64,000 nt of DNA from an uncultured Gammaproteobacteria bacterium (GTDB taxonomy: Bacteria > Pseudomonadota > Gammaproteobacteria > Steroidobacterales > Steroidobacteraceae): positions 254,973-318,972 of the forward strand of contig CAWBDX010000003.1 in NCBI GenBank assembly GCA_963787695.1, read 5' to 3'. A model generated the notes under the pieces. The model searched no databases, had not been told where the DNA came from, and worked only from the letters and a program-made list of their open reading frames with translations. This document shows, in pieces, positions 46,900-56,489 of this stretch (position 1 is the first letter of the stretch; every line of letters starts with the position of its first letter). A program made the position numbers and the translations under genes.

Positions 46900-47964
46900 T
46901 CACTCACCTACCGCCAGGCCGACGCCGGTGACGTAAAGCACCGATTCCGATATGCCGTCTATTCCCAGGTCCTTTTCGATCAGAGAATCTTTCAAAGCCG
47001 CGGTACTGAAAGGCGCAAGACCCATCCGGGTTGCCGTCAGACAAAATGTCTGGCCGAGATGGCCGGCATCGAGCAACACCACTCTATAGGCTCGAGCTCT
47101 ACCGTACTTCCACATCGTCCTCGCGAACACCGCCGTCATGATGAACAGCGCCGCCGCCCCGGAGAAATATCGCTGACCCGCGCAATAAACGCTAGCCATC
47201 CGCGGACTCACTTTGGCGGGGAGTCTAGTCAATCGGTGGTCCTTGGACTGGTAGTGATACATTCCCCTCTCGAGCCCGTCCACCCTCAGCGCCATCAGAT
47301 ATACCTCGCCCGGGTGCCTGGCGCCGCCGGAAGGGCTGGTCTTGTGCGGAAGCAGCCCGAACACATTCGTCGGCAGGTACCCCTGGACACCCCACGTCGT
47401 TTGCAGCAACGTCGAGACATGCTCCAAAGATACCTTTCCTCTCGCGAATTCTCTGTGCGTTTTCCTGGCGTACAGTGTCTCGAAGAAAGTGTCCCCGGCC
47501 ATTTCGTGCGGCGGCAGCCGGACTGCGGCACCCCTGGTCGTCTTGAACTGAGGCGGGGCCGGAGTGGTCGGAAGCGTCTTCAGTTTCTTTTCTATGGGCC
47601 AATCCAAAGGGACGTACGGCGTGTCCTTGGTTATGAAGTGAAACCCGCCTTCCGGAAGCCAGGGTTTCCATAACGACTTGACCCGTTCATCCCGCTTGCA
47701 TTCTGCCGAGCCGTACTCGAGTAGTAGTTGGGCGTCGATCAGCTGCAGGATCGCCCCCGCCACGCTCTCGCGACTGTAGCCGTGAAACTCGGCAAGCGCA
47801 TCACGGATCGTCCGCGGTGTGAGGAAGAAGCGGATCACGTCGAAGCTTGCCGGATTCGCCGAGAACGTTCTTTGGGTCAGGTAATTCGCGATCTGCAGCT
47901 TTCCATCCTCCCAGTATGCCATCTGGCAGGATGCACTCTGCAACTTCAACGAGGCTCGTCCCAC
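46900..47964 (-). CDS. SagB/ThcOx family (nitroreductase-fold) dehydrogenase with an N-terminal extension
   Basis: SagB-type signature RKTHREF...SPSGGARHPGEVY...GMYHY...AYRVVLLDAGHLGQTF...APF. About 100 aa precede the nitroreductase fold. GTG start (alternative ATG about 42 nt downstream). Confidence 0.85.
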   Translation of the reverse strand: MGRASLKLQSASCQMAYWEDGKLQIANYLTQRTFSANPASFDVIRFFLTPRTIRDALAEFHGYSRESVAGAILQLIDAQLLLEYGSAECKRDERVKSLWKPWLPEGGFHFITKDTPYVPLDWPIEKKLKTLPTTPAPPQFKTTRGAAVRLPPHEMAGDTFFETLYARKTHREFARGKVSLEHVSTLLQTTWGVQGYLPTNVFGLLPHKTSPSGGARHPGEVYLMALRVDGLERGMYHYQSKDHRLTRLPAKVSPRMASVYCAGQRYFSGAAALFIMTAVFARTMWKYGRARAYRVVLLDAGHLGQTFCLTATRMGLAPFSTAALKDSLIEKDLGIDGISESVLYVTGVGLAVGE

Positions 47965-47989
47965 CTCAAAGGTTCCGGAACGCCGACGG

Positions 47990-48205
47990 CTACAAGATTT
48001 GACGTACGAAAAAGGTCATCCTCTTGAGCTTCTGTTCTACTTCCTTCAAACCTGTATCCAATTTCACCCGGGTAATAGTCCCGGCCTGATTGCGTGTCAG
48101 CAACTTCGCCACCTCGGCTTTCGCTTTCCGCGAAAGCTTAAGGACGGTTTCTGCTTCCCGCCGTTTGTTCGATCCCCTTCTCGTGACGGTTCTTTTCGAT
48201 GCCAT
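47990..48205 (-). CDS. Small basic hypothetical protein (71 aa)
   Basis: Strong SD (GGGAG, 6-nt spacer) before ATG 48205. The gene ends 25 nt before the SagB-like start. It is Lys/Arg-rich and helical-looking. No family recognised. Confidence 0.5.
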   Translation of the reverse strand: MASKRTVTRRGSNKRREAETVLKLSRKAKAEVAKLLTRNQAGTITRVKLDTGLKEVEQKLKRMTFFVRQIL

Positions 48206-48250
48206 GTTTAGCTCCCAATGTAAAGCAAGCGAGGTGCCGAATTGAAAATC

Positions 48251-50153
48251 TCAAGTCCTGGATATCTGCCGCTGCGGCGGGTCGGTCAACCGCATGCGGT
48301 TCAATAATGCCGCGAATCTTGGGTCGCCGTGCAGATTTCTTAGCAACGGGTCCGTCTTTAGGACGAGCATCCCGTAAGCATGTTCTCGATAGGCGCGATC
48401 CAGCCAGCGGAAAGCATCGTCGATCTCCCCGCGGTATGCATGGACCGCGGCGATTCCATAGGAGTCGATCGATGCGAATTTCTCCGTCAGCGAATGCAGC
48501 GCAGCATCGGACTCGTTGCGTTGTCCCATTGCCCAATATACCAACGCGAGGCCACCCAGTCGGTTGTCCTCGTCAGGTTCCCTGTTCATGAATTCCAGCG
48601 CAGCGTCAAATTGGCCGAGGTACAGGCGAGCAAGGCCAACCGAGCTGTTGACTCCGCCGAATTCTGGATGCAACTGCAACAGGCTTAGCCGGGTCTCGAG
48701 GCACTTTTGCAGGCGATCGGCGGCGCAGAGCGCGTTGCCGAGAGCATCCAGCGAGTCCGGATCGAGCGGATTTCGCGCGAGGTCATTTTCGAATAACTCG
48801 ACCGCCCTGTTGACTTCCCCGAACACGAATGCGAGGTCGCCGAAGGCGCTCGGCAACAAATTAGATTGGGGGTCGATTTCGCGCACACGATCCGTATCCG
48901 CCTTAGCGGCCGCCCAATTCCACGCAACCTCCATCTCGAATCCGGCCCGCGTGTAATATGCCCAGGCGAGATTCGGGTCAAGGCGGATGGCGTGGTCCAG
49001 CGCATCGAGAACCCGCCTGTTCTGTTCCTCCGATGGCGGTCCTTGTAGCATTTCCGCATTTAAGTGAGCACTCGCGAGGCGTGCCCACGCCAGCGCGTAG
49101 CCGGGGTTGATGTCGATCGCCTTTCTGTAGAGCTGGATGGCTTTCTCGACATCGCCCTTGGTCCTTCGTGCCTTGTAGTAATTGCCCTCCAACACGAGGT
49201 TGTAAGCCTCTACATCGGTTTCCTCTCCGATCGGCTGGCCGGTGATAGCAAGAGTCGCGTTGAGTGCTTTTGCCACACTTTCTGAAATTTCGTCCTGTAC
49301 CTTGAATATCTCGACGAGGTTGCGATCGTAGGTCTGTGACCACAGCTGCACACCGTCGGAGGCCCGGATCAGCTGCGTGGTGACGCGCAGCTCTTGCCCG
49401 GCCTTGCGGACGCTGCCTTCCAAAAGATGCGCGACTCCGAGCCTGTTGGCGATCGAGCGCACGTCTTCATTCCTGCCCTTGAACTGGAATGATGAGGTGC
49501 GCGCGATTACCTTGAGACCGGGGCCCCGCGACAGGTGATTGATCAGTTCCTCCGCCATGCCATCGGCGAAATATTCCTGATCTTTTTTTTCGCTCATGTC
49601 CACGAACGGCAGCACCGCGATCGACTTGTTGCTGACAAGGACAGTAGCGACAGGCGTTTCGCGCTTAGCTGTGGTGCGCCTTGAGAACCATGCCTTGTCT
49701 CCCAAGAAGTAGGCCGCAACCAGTGCAAGGGCGACGAAGGCGCTTGCGACGACCCAGACTCGTCGCGAAGGTGCCGTCGCACGCGGCATAACCCGCGCTT
49801 GAGAAGCGTAGGCGGGTCCGGTCGCACGCCGCACCGTGGCAATGAGCCGATAGCCTTTGCGTGGAACCGTCGCGATATAGGTGGGTTGCGGATCTATATC
49901 GCCGAGGAGCTTCCGCAATTGGGAGACTGCCTCGATAGACCGACGCGGATCCCACGACCACCCCGGCCCACACCTCGGTGAGCAGGCGATCGACGCTGAC
50001 GACATCGCCCGCGGAGTTCGCCAAGCACATGAGCAGCCGCATCGCTCGCGGCTCGAGCTTCTGAGTCTCGGTGCCCCGCGAAATGCTATCGAGCGCCGGA
50101 TGGACGATCCACTCGCCGATCTGCACTACGCTGCCAGATTCCTGGGTCGGCAT
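48251..50153 (-). pseudogene. CadC-like winged-helix DNA-binding protein with a TM segment, TolB-N-like domain and TPR repeats; frame broken inside the wHTH
   Basis: ORF 49665..50207 (from ATG 50153, SD AAGGAGG) gives VQIGEWIVHP...LEPRAMRLLMCLANSAGDVVSVDRLLTEVWAGVVV. ORF 48251..50005 continues as SIEAVSQLRKLLGD...TYIATVPRKGYRL, then a TM segment, SIAVLPFVDMS, and TPRs. The frame switch is near 49925-49975. Confidence 0.8.
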
Positions 50154-50201
50154 CCCAACGAGCCTCCTTAATATAATTATAAGGCTTGTATAGCCGCAAA
50201 G

Positions 50202-50217
50202 TGGCACACAGGTTGCT
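50202..50217 (+). promoter_or_regulatory. Near-consensus sigma-54 (-24/-12) promoter-like element
   Basis: TGGCAC-A-CAGG-TTGCT compared with the consensus TGGCACG-N4-TTGCW. It points away from the wHTH gene into a 280-nt gap with no convincing ORF. Confidence 0.4.
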
Positions 50218-50495
50218 CCCGGACTCGATATATATCAGTCCGCAGTGGAAAAGAGAGATGATGCGGTCCCCGAGTGCTCGCCGCCCAGGCGTCACAGCTC
50301 GCCTAACTCAAATATCAATTCGCTGAGTTGCCGGAACTGAACCGCGCGATGGAGGTGGCCCCAGCCGAAGTGCAGGCCAATGAGTCTCGAGTCGAGACGC
50401 ACTTGGAGTACGATTTGTGCTCCGGCGCGAGGCCGGGGGTCCTTGTTGAGAGCCACCATCCAGTGTTAGTCGGATGTCGCTTTGAACCTACAACC

Positions 50496-51458
50496 TCACT
50501 CCGCTGGGGTGGCCTTCGCAATCTTCATTGGCGCAACTGTCGGTAACGCGGCTGGGACACCATGAGCGCGCGCCTGCGCCCACGCCAGCAGGGCTACGCC
50601 AGCGAGTACGATTGGCAAGCCAACCAAGGTATTTACTGAGAATGATTCATTTCCCAACCACCAACCAACGAAGAGCGCCACCGGTGGATTGACGTAGGCG
50701 TAGGTAGAGGCGAGCGTCGCGGAAACTCGTTCCACTACAAAACGATAGGCCGAAAACGCGACTACCGAGCCGAAGACGACCAAATACACCCAAGCCCACC
50801 ACACTCGCGGCGAGATTGGCAACGCCCAATGTTCGCCCAGAGCCGCACTCACCCCGAGGGCCATCACCCCGGCGCTTAGCATCTCCGCGCCAAATCCGGT
50901 CGGACCATGAGGAATGTCGACGCGCCGGGACAACACCGTGCCGAGCGACCAGCACGTCGTACCCAGCAAGATCACCAGCGTGCCACCAAGGCTGCCCTGC
51001 AGATCGCGTCCCATCAACATGACTGCGGCACCGATCCCGCCAACGCCGATAGCAGCCCACGTCAAACGGCGCGGCCATTCGCCAAATACCCCGGACCATA
51101 ACGCGGTGGCGATCGGCATGACACTGATGAGCGCCACGGTCGCGCCGGAGCTCACCGAGTGTTCCGCCACGGCGACCCCGCCGTTCCCCACCACCAGCAG
51201 CAGGAATCCTATGAGCGCCGCGCCTCGCCACTGTCTTGCCACGGGCATCGGCTGCCCGCGTATCGCCTGCCAGCCGAGCAAAAGGCCGCCTGCCACCACG
51301 AAGCGCGTTCCAACCAGAAAGAATGGCGCGGCGCCTTCAATGCCCACCTTGATCGCGAAGTACGTTGTACCCCAAATGATATACACCGCCAGCAGACAAA
51401 TGGCGACGAGCAAGCCCGACGGCTTGGACGAGACAGTCAATTGCGCACTCGGCGACAT
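50496..51458 (-). CDS. EamA/DMT family transporter
   Basis: Ten TM segments in two EamA repeats (IWGTTYFAIKVG...). Confidence 0.9.
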   Translation of the reverse strand: MSPSAQLTVSSKPSGLLVAICLLAVYIIWGTTYFAIKVGIEGAAPFFLVGTRFVVAGGLLLGWQAIRGQPMPVARQWRGAALIGFLLLVVGNGGVAVAEHSVSSGATVALISVMPIATALWSGVFGEWPRRLTWAAIGVGGIGAAVMLMGRDLQGSLGGTLVILLGTTCWSLGTVLSRRVDIPHGPTGFGAEMLSAGVMALGVSAALGEHWALPISPRVWWAWVYLVVFGSVVAFSAYRFVVERVSATLASTYAYVNPPVALFVGWWLGNESFSVNTLVGLPIVLAGVALLAWAQARAHGVPAALPTVAPMKIAKATPAE

Positions 51459-51789
51459 TATGATGAGCTCCCACGATCCTGGGTCCTCAGCCTAATTTGG
51501 GTGCACGGCCTGTACGAGTAGAAATTCTCAATGATGGATTAGAGAATCTGAATCAGCCATCGAGAATTCTTCAGCCGGAAGTTCACATCAGGTGTGGGCA
51601 AATTCGCCATCCCGCAATCGTGACCTAGGACATCGCCATCGAGAACTCCCAATTCCTCTTGAAGTTCATGCATGTCTCTGACAATTACAACTTTCACAAC
51701 GGAACTCTATATGCCAAGTCGGCGATCTTGGTCCATTGATATTGCAATTGCCACGCCCTCCCCTGCTTCCGCGCTCATCCGCTGCCGGC

Positions 51790-53661
51790 TCAGGCCGATG
51801 CCGCCGCCCGCTCGCCGGCTTTGCGACCGTACTGCAGGGCCGAGCCCCAGTGTTGTGCACCATTCAATTCCGAGTGGCCGATGCTGATGCGACCGTAGCC
51901 CTGGCGCACGCGTTCCAGCGGACTTGTTTCACCGTCGACGCCGTAGTGAAAGCCGGGCGGTTCTATCAAGCGTGCGTGACCCCAGCGGTTGAGTACGATG
52001 GCGGCGATGTCGCGCTTGGGTTCGAAGCCCGATGCACCGAACAGCCGTAGCATCTGGCGGCGGATCAGGAGCTCGAAGTCAGCGTAGGCGGTGTTCATGA
52101 GGCGCGCCCGTGCCGCCATGCCTTGTGTCGCGGCCGGCAAACCGGGTACCGGCAGACCAAGGTAGAAGCTCAACACTGCGGGTTTGTCCGGATGTAGCGG
52201 TGGGGCGTGCCGGGCGGTCACCATGTTCTGTCGTAGATTGCAGCAGTAGCCGATTCCGTCGGCGTCATCGAACCAGCGGCAGGCCGTAATATCCAGATCG
52301 TACAGGAAGCGCCACTGGCGCAACGCCACGTTGACGATGAGCGCCGGTGCGTAGCCGAACTGTCCGTAGGCGCTTCGCAAATCCTCCGGCATATCGACGA
52401 GCAGGTGTTTGTTGACCCAACCGCCGCTTGCCATGACCACCTGGCCGGCACGGATGTTGAATAGCCGTCCGCCCCGCTCGTAGACCACCGTCACCTCGTC
52501 GGCATCGGCGCCCGAATGCCGCACGCGCAGCGCGGTGGCATCGAGTCGCATGCGCACGCTCTGGGTAGGGCTGTCGAGGGCACGGAAGTCGACGTTCCCG
52601 TACAGCAGGCTGTCGAAATCTCGGCCCGGCAGCGCCGCCGGCAACAGCGCTCTCAGCAGCGCGCGCGGAAAGGGCGAATTGCCACCTGGGAACGACAGCG
52701 CCATGGGCCGGGTGGGATCTTCCACCAACTGCCGACCCAATCGCGCGCAGGCCGCATCGGTGCTGACGCCCGCCAGCAGGCCGACGATGGGCTCGACCAT
52801 GCGCGTGACCGCGGCGTCGTAGCCGCGCACGTTCTCTAGATACTCGCGGTAGGTGAGCGTATCGAGGTAGCGATTCTCGGCCTCGCTCACCGGGCCGTGA
52901 TTGGCCCGCCAGCGCAACAGGTCGCGGCGCGCGGCGTCCGAGTAGGGAGTGTCCTTGAACGCGGACGACCAGATGTTGCGACGCCAGCACGGTTTGTCGG
53001 CACCCTGCGCCCGGTCAAAGAAGTAGCCCACGTCAACCTGCGTTTCCTGAAAGCCATCCATGTTCGAATAATTGTCGCGCGCGAAACGCAGCGGCTTGAG
53101 CGCGCCGTCCCAGTGTTGCCACTGGTACTCGCGCGGCAACGCAAACTCCTCGAAGAAGGAATCGGTGAGCGAATCGCTGCGCTGCCCCGGCAGGCCGAAG
53201 TCGTTCGAGCCTTGCGGACCCAGCAGGCGTATCCCCTCGACGTCGAATTCGTTCTGCTTGGCCTCACCACCCGGCATGGCATGATTCTCGAGAATCAGGA
53301 TGCGGGCAGTTGCACCGCGCAGCTGACGGAAGCGGTGTGCGGCGCTTAAGCCCGCGATGCCGCCGCCGACCACCACCAAATTGAACTGCCCGGCATCGCG
53401 CGCAGCGGCAAAGACGGCCTCGCTGTAGCCGCCATCGCGCAGGCGATGCGCCGCCTGCACCACGGGCCACGTGTTTCCGTTGGCTAAGGAGTAGTCGCCC
53501 ACACCGCCATATCCGGTGAAGGTATCCGCTACGGCTGAGCCTGCGGGTTGCGCTAGCGCGCTGCCGGCGAGGGCAAGGCTGCCGTTCAAAAAGTCGCGCC
53601 GGCTGATGGGCGCATCGAGGCCCAACCAGCTGCGCTCGGTATCAGAGATCGGTCGTTTCAT
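51790..53661 (-). CDS. Tat-exported FAD/NAD(P)-binding oxidoreductase (spermidine-dehydrogenase SpdH-like, tentative)
   Basis: Twin-arginine signal (SRRDFLNGSLALAGSALA) and dinucleotide fold (NLVVVGGGIAGLSAA). The length of about 620 aa is as in SpdH-type enzymes. Confidence 0.7.
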   Translation of the reverse strand: MKRPISDTERSWLGLDAPISRRDFLNGSLALAGSALAQPAGSAVADTFTGYGGVGDYSLANGNTWPVVQAAHRLRDGGYSEAVFAAARDAGQFNLVVVGGGIAGLSAAHRFRQLRGATARILILENHAMPGGEAKQNEFDVEGIRLLGPQGSNDFGLPGQRSDSLTDSFFEEFALPREYQWQHWDGALKPLRFARDNYSNMDGFQETQVDVGYFFDRAQGADKPCWRRNIWSSAFKDTPYSDAARRDLLRWRANHGPVSEAENRYLDTLTYREYLENVRGYDAAVTRMVEPIVGLLAGVSTDAACARLGRQLVEDPTRPMALSFPGGNSPFPRALLRALLPAALPGRDFDSLLYGNVDFRALDSPTQSVRMRLDATALRVRHSGADADEVTVVYERGGRLFNIRAGQVVMASGGWVNKHLLVDMPEDLRSAYGQFGYAPALIVNVALRQWRFLYDLDITACRWFDDADGIGYCCNLRQNMVTARHAPPLHPDKPAVLSFYLGLPVPGLPAATQGMAARARLMNTAYADFELLIRRQMLRLFGASGFEPKRDIAAIVLNRWGHARLIEPPGFHYGVDGETSPLERVRQGYGRISIGHSELNGAQHWGSALQYGRKAGERAAASA

Positions 53662-53714
53662 CGTCCGTCCTCACCGGCATGTCGGGACGGGTGGCACTAG
53701 CATGTCTCACTCTC

Positions 53715-54530
53715 TCATCCGCCGCCACCAGCCACAGCGCAGGTTGAATCCAGCAAAATCTCACCGCTCGGCCCGGTTCCCGTCAGCACCACGAATCCAG
53801 GGCCGCTCTTAAATTGCATGCCCGCGACGATGAGAGTGTAGTTGCCCATGTGATGCCGCGCATCCGGACTCAAAGTCGCAAGCAACTCGAACAAATTCGA
53901 GGCGTCCAAGCCGTCTGCCACGATTCGCCGCGCCTGAAAGGCCGATCCCACTATGGTTATAGGCGACCAAGCGTCCACGAACTTGTCTGCCGATACCCGT
54001 AACGCCTCGAAAACGTCTTGCTGCAAACACTCGATATGAATATGAAATTGATCTTGAGCACGAGACTCGGCAATGCCAACGACCAGTCCCACCCCAGTTC
54101 TCGGCACGTCGTGGCCGACAAACGCGCCTAGTAACCGCCGCGCGTGCCAAGCCTCCGCGAAATAGTTAGGCGCGTCCGGATCGAGCAGTTCGCCGCTTTC
54201 AATTCCAGCCATCGTCCGCGTCGGAACTAGCAAGTAATGTGCTCCACCGCCGGCAGCCGCGATGACGGCATATCCAGAGCCGCCATCCTTCGGATCGGAA
54301 AGAAAGACGCGCTCACAGGGCGCCGGATTGTGGTCCTTCTGCCAATTCAAGACGCACTGGTCTTGCACTATCTGGCGAAGCGCGCTGCGGCCGGTTGGTT
54401 GCCTTGGATCGATGGGTGAATCGGTGGATTTAGATTCGTGCATCCTCTGACCCTGCGCAGAAGATGCAAAAACCATTACCGTGGTGATGGCGATGCTAAT
54501 GATGAGAAAAGCCCGCACTGTCGAGTTCAT
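53715..54530 (-). CDS. cdh: CDP-diacylglycerol diphosphatase
   Basis: N-terminal anchor. The segments HYLLVPT, DPDAPNYF and QDQFHIHIECL are collinear with the E. coli Cdh hallmark NHFHIHISCI region. Confidence 0.85.
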   Translation of the reverse strand: MNSTVRAFLIISIAITTVMVFASSAQGQRMHESKSTDSPIDPRQPTGRSALRQIVQDQCVLNWQKDHNPAPCERVFLSDPKDGGSGYAVIAAAGGGAHYLLVPTRTMAGIESGELLDPDAPNYFAEAWHARRLLGAFVGHDVPRTGVGLVVGIAESRAQDQFHIHIECLQQDVFEALRVSADKFVDAWSPITIVGSAFQARRIVADGLDASNLFELLATLSPDARHHMGNYTLIVAGMQFKSGPGFVVLTGTGPSGEILLDSTCAVAGGGG

Positions 54531-54594
54531 TTAGCCCGCCATGTTGTCAGCTTGAATGAATGCGCAGACTCAGCCGCCCTTGGCAGTACGCGGC

Positions 54595-54969
54595 TCAAAG
54601 CCTGTGCAATGCACAAAGCTTGTGTCCGTCAAGATCACGAAGGTAGGCCAGATAGAGTTTACCCGCGCTGCCCTCGCGCACGCCCGGAGGGCCTTCACAG
54701 GTAGTGCCGCCGGCAGCAAGGCCGGCCGCATGCCAGGCATCTGCCTGAGCGGGCGACGCAGCAGCAAAACCGATCGTCATACCATTGGCACAAGTCGCTT
54801 CCTCGCCATTGATGGGTGTCGTGACAGAGAAAATGCCGGACGGCGTTCGATAAAAGATCCTGTGGCCATCGACTCTTGCCGGCCGCACGCCTAGCGTACC
54901 AAGGACAGAATCATAGAAAACCTTCGCGCGCTCTAGATCATTGGTACCGATCATGATGTGAGAAAACAT
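54595..54969 (-). CDS. VOC (glyoxalase) family protein
   Basis: MFSHIMIGTNDLERAKVFYDSVLGTLG pattern, with a C-terminal YLRDLDGHKL. Confidence 0.85.
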   Translation of the reverse strand: MFSHIMIGTNDLERAKVFYDSVLGTLGVRPARVDGHRIFYRTPSGIFSVTTPINGEEATCANGMTIGFAAASPAQADAWHAAGLAAGGTTCEGPPGVREGSAGKLYLAYLRDLDGHKLCALHRL

Positions 54970-55214
54970 TGACCTTCCTTATTCATTGAGAATCGGGCCC
55001 ATCCAGTATACCGACCCATGGTCCCGAACGCCGTAGCTCCCCCGTGACTGTCTGCAGCAAAGTACAGAGCGCTACCTGCAACAACAACGCGATGCAATGT
55101 CCGCACGGCGCCACTGTATACTGTGGCTAGCGCCGCCGCCTGCTCTATGAGCAGGCGGCGGCGCTCCGTACGTTCGAACCGCAAACTTAGCACTCAACTA
55201 CCAAAGAACTCTAT

Positions 55215-55790
55215 ATGAACATACTGCCTCGTTTCTTCGGTGTGGCGCTGGCCTTATTGCTGAGTTCTGGTGTGGCCTACGCAAACGAATATGATGAGAC
55301 GATTGAGCTATTCAAGCATGCTGGAGAAAGTGCAGTCTTTTTCACGGACTGCTATGCCTACGCAGTATTCCCAACCATTGGCGCCGGCGGCCTCATCGTC
55401 GGCGGAGCTCGAGGCGCGGGTCAGGTCTATGTGCATGATCGGCTGGTCGGCGACGCCGTAATGACGCAGTTGAGCATCGGGTTCCAGGCGGGCGGCAAAG
55501 CGTATAGCCAAATCATATTCTTCCAAGACAAGCGAAACTTGGACGAATTCGAATCCGGTAAATTCGAATTTGCGGCTGGTGCCAGCGCCGTCGCCATCAC
55601 GGCGGGGGCCTCTGCAAGCATCGGCACAGATCGCGCCTCGTCGGAAGCGAGCGGTGGAAAAAACAATGCCACAACCAACGGCAATTACCAGACTGGCATG
55701 GCAGTGTTTACCATCGCCAAAGGCGGCCTCATGTTCGCTGCCGATATTTCTGGCGAGAAATTTGCTTACACAGCACGGCCGGAGAAATAG
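55215..55790 (+). CDS. SYLF (Ysc84/DUF500) lipid-binding domain protein, secreted
   Basis: Signal peptide, then YAVFPTIGAGGLIVGGARGAGQVY and G-rich repeats typical of SYLF. Confidence 0.8.
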   Translation: MNILPRFFGVALALLLSSGVAYANEYDETIELFKHAGESAVFFTDCYAYAVFPTIGAGGLIVGGARGAGQVYVHDRLVGDAVMTQLSIGFQAGGKAYSQIIFFQDKRNLDEFESGKFEFAAGASAVAITAGASASIGTDRASSEASGGKNNATTNGNYQTGMAVFTIAKGGLMFAADISGEKFAYTARPEK

Positions 55791-55853
55791 CCTCGAGATT
55801 CGACTGTGTCACCACTGTTCTTCGTCTGCGTCCGCGTGTTCGCCCGGTGCCCG

Positions 55854-56462
55854 TCAATGAAGTTCCCACCCTATAAAAACGTGCTCGATAACGGACTTCG
55901 GGATTCTCCCGACGTCGGATTTATAAGTGGTGATCATGCCTTGAGCGGTTACATAAAAGCAGATATCCTCAGGATTGACCGACAGGTCAAATCCCGGCTC
56001 CGGCGGGATCGATCCTGGACTGGATTTTCTAGTCACATCGATAAAGAAGAGAAATTGCTTCACCAGCCTTTCCTTGCCCGCGTCTGCGAGATCAACGTAC
56101 ACGCCAGGACCGCCGAGCGTGTCAAAAGTGTCCCCGCGATCACAAAAGTAGGAATGCACGAACAAGATGTTGCCTTCGCGAACCACCATGTTCCGAAGAT
56201 CGGTGCCCGAGGTGAAATCTACCCTGATCAAATCCCGATGCGGCAGCGACACCCCGCCGCGCACGCCTGACGATACGTCGGTAATTGACGTTCGAGAAGG
56301 ATCGTTCGGTTGCACGGGTCGCATGGAGTCAAAGGAGACCGACTGACTGACGCAGCCGCCCAAACCGCAGCAGCAGCAAACGGAAAGCAGCAGGGAGATT
56401 CTGCGTCCCACTACCACGGCAATTCCTCGCTGCGACTCCGAACGCCGATCGATCCCGCACAA
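55854..56462 (-). CDS. Hypothetical lipoprotein
   Basis: Lipobox-like LGGC after a hydrophobic stretch. The start is uncertain (TTG 56462). The gene has lower GC than its neighbours. Confidence 0.55.
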   Translation of the reverse strand: MCGIDRRSESQRGIAVVVGRRISLLLSVCCCCGLGGCVSQSVSFDSMRPVQPNDPSRTSITDVSSGVRGGVSLPHRDLIRVDFTSGTDLRNMVVREGNILFVHSYFCDRGDTFDTLGGPGVYVDLADAGKERLVKQFLFFIDVTRKSSPGSIPPEPGFDLSVNPEDICFYVTAQGMITTYKSDVGRIPKSVIEHVFIGWELH

Positions 56463-56489
56463 TAATTTCTCAACCGAATGGTCTCCAAT

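Noticed and set aside
52265-53349. ORFs 52265..52990(-), 52887..53282(-) and 52897..53349(+) within the FAD oxidoreductase gene.
   Set aside because: These are shadow frames. The 623-aa frame carries the Tat signal and dinucleotide-binding motif.
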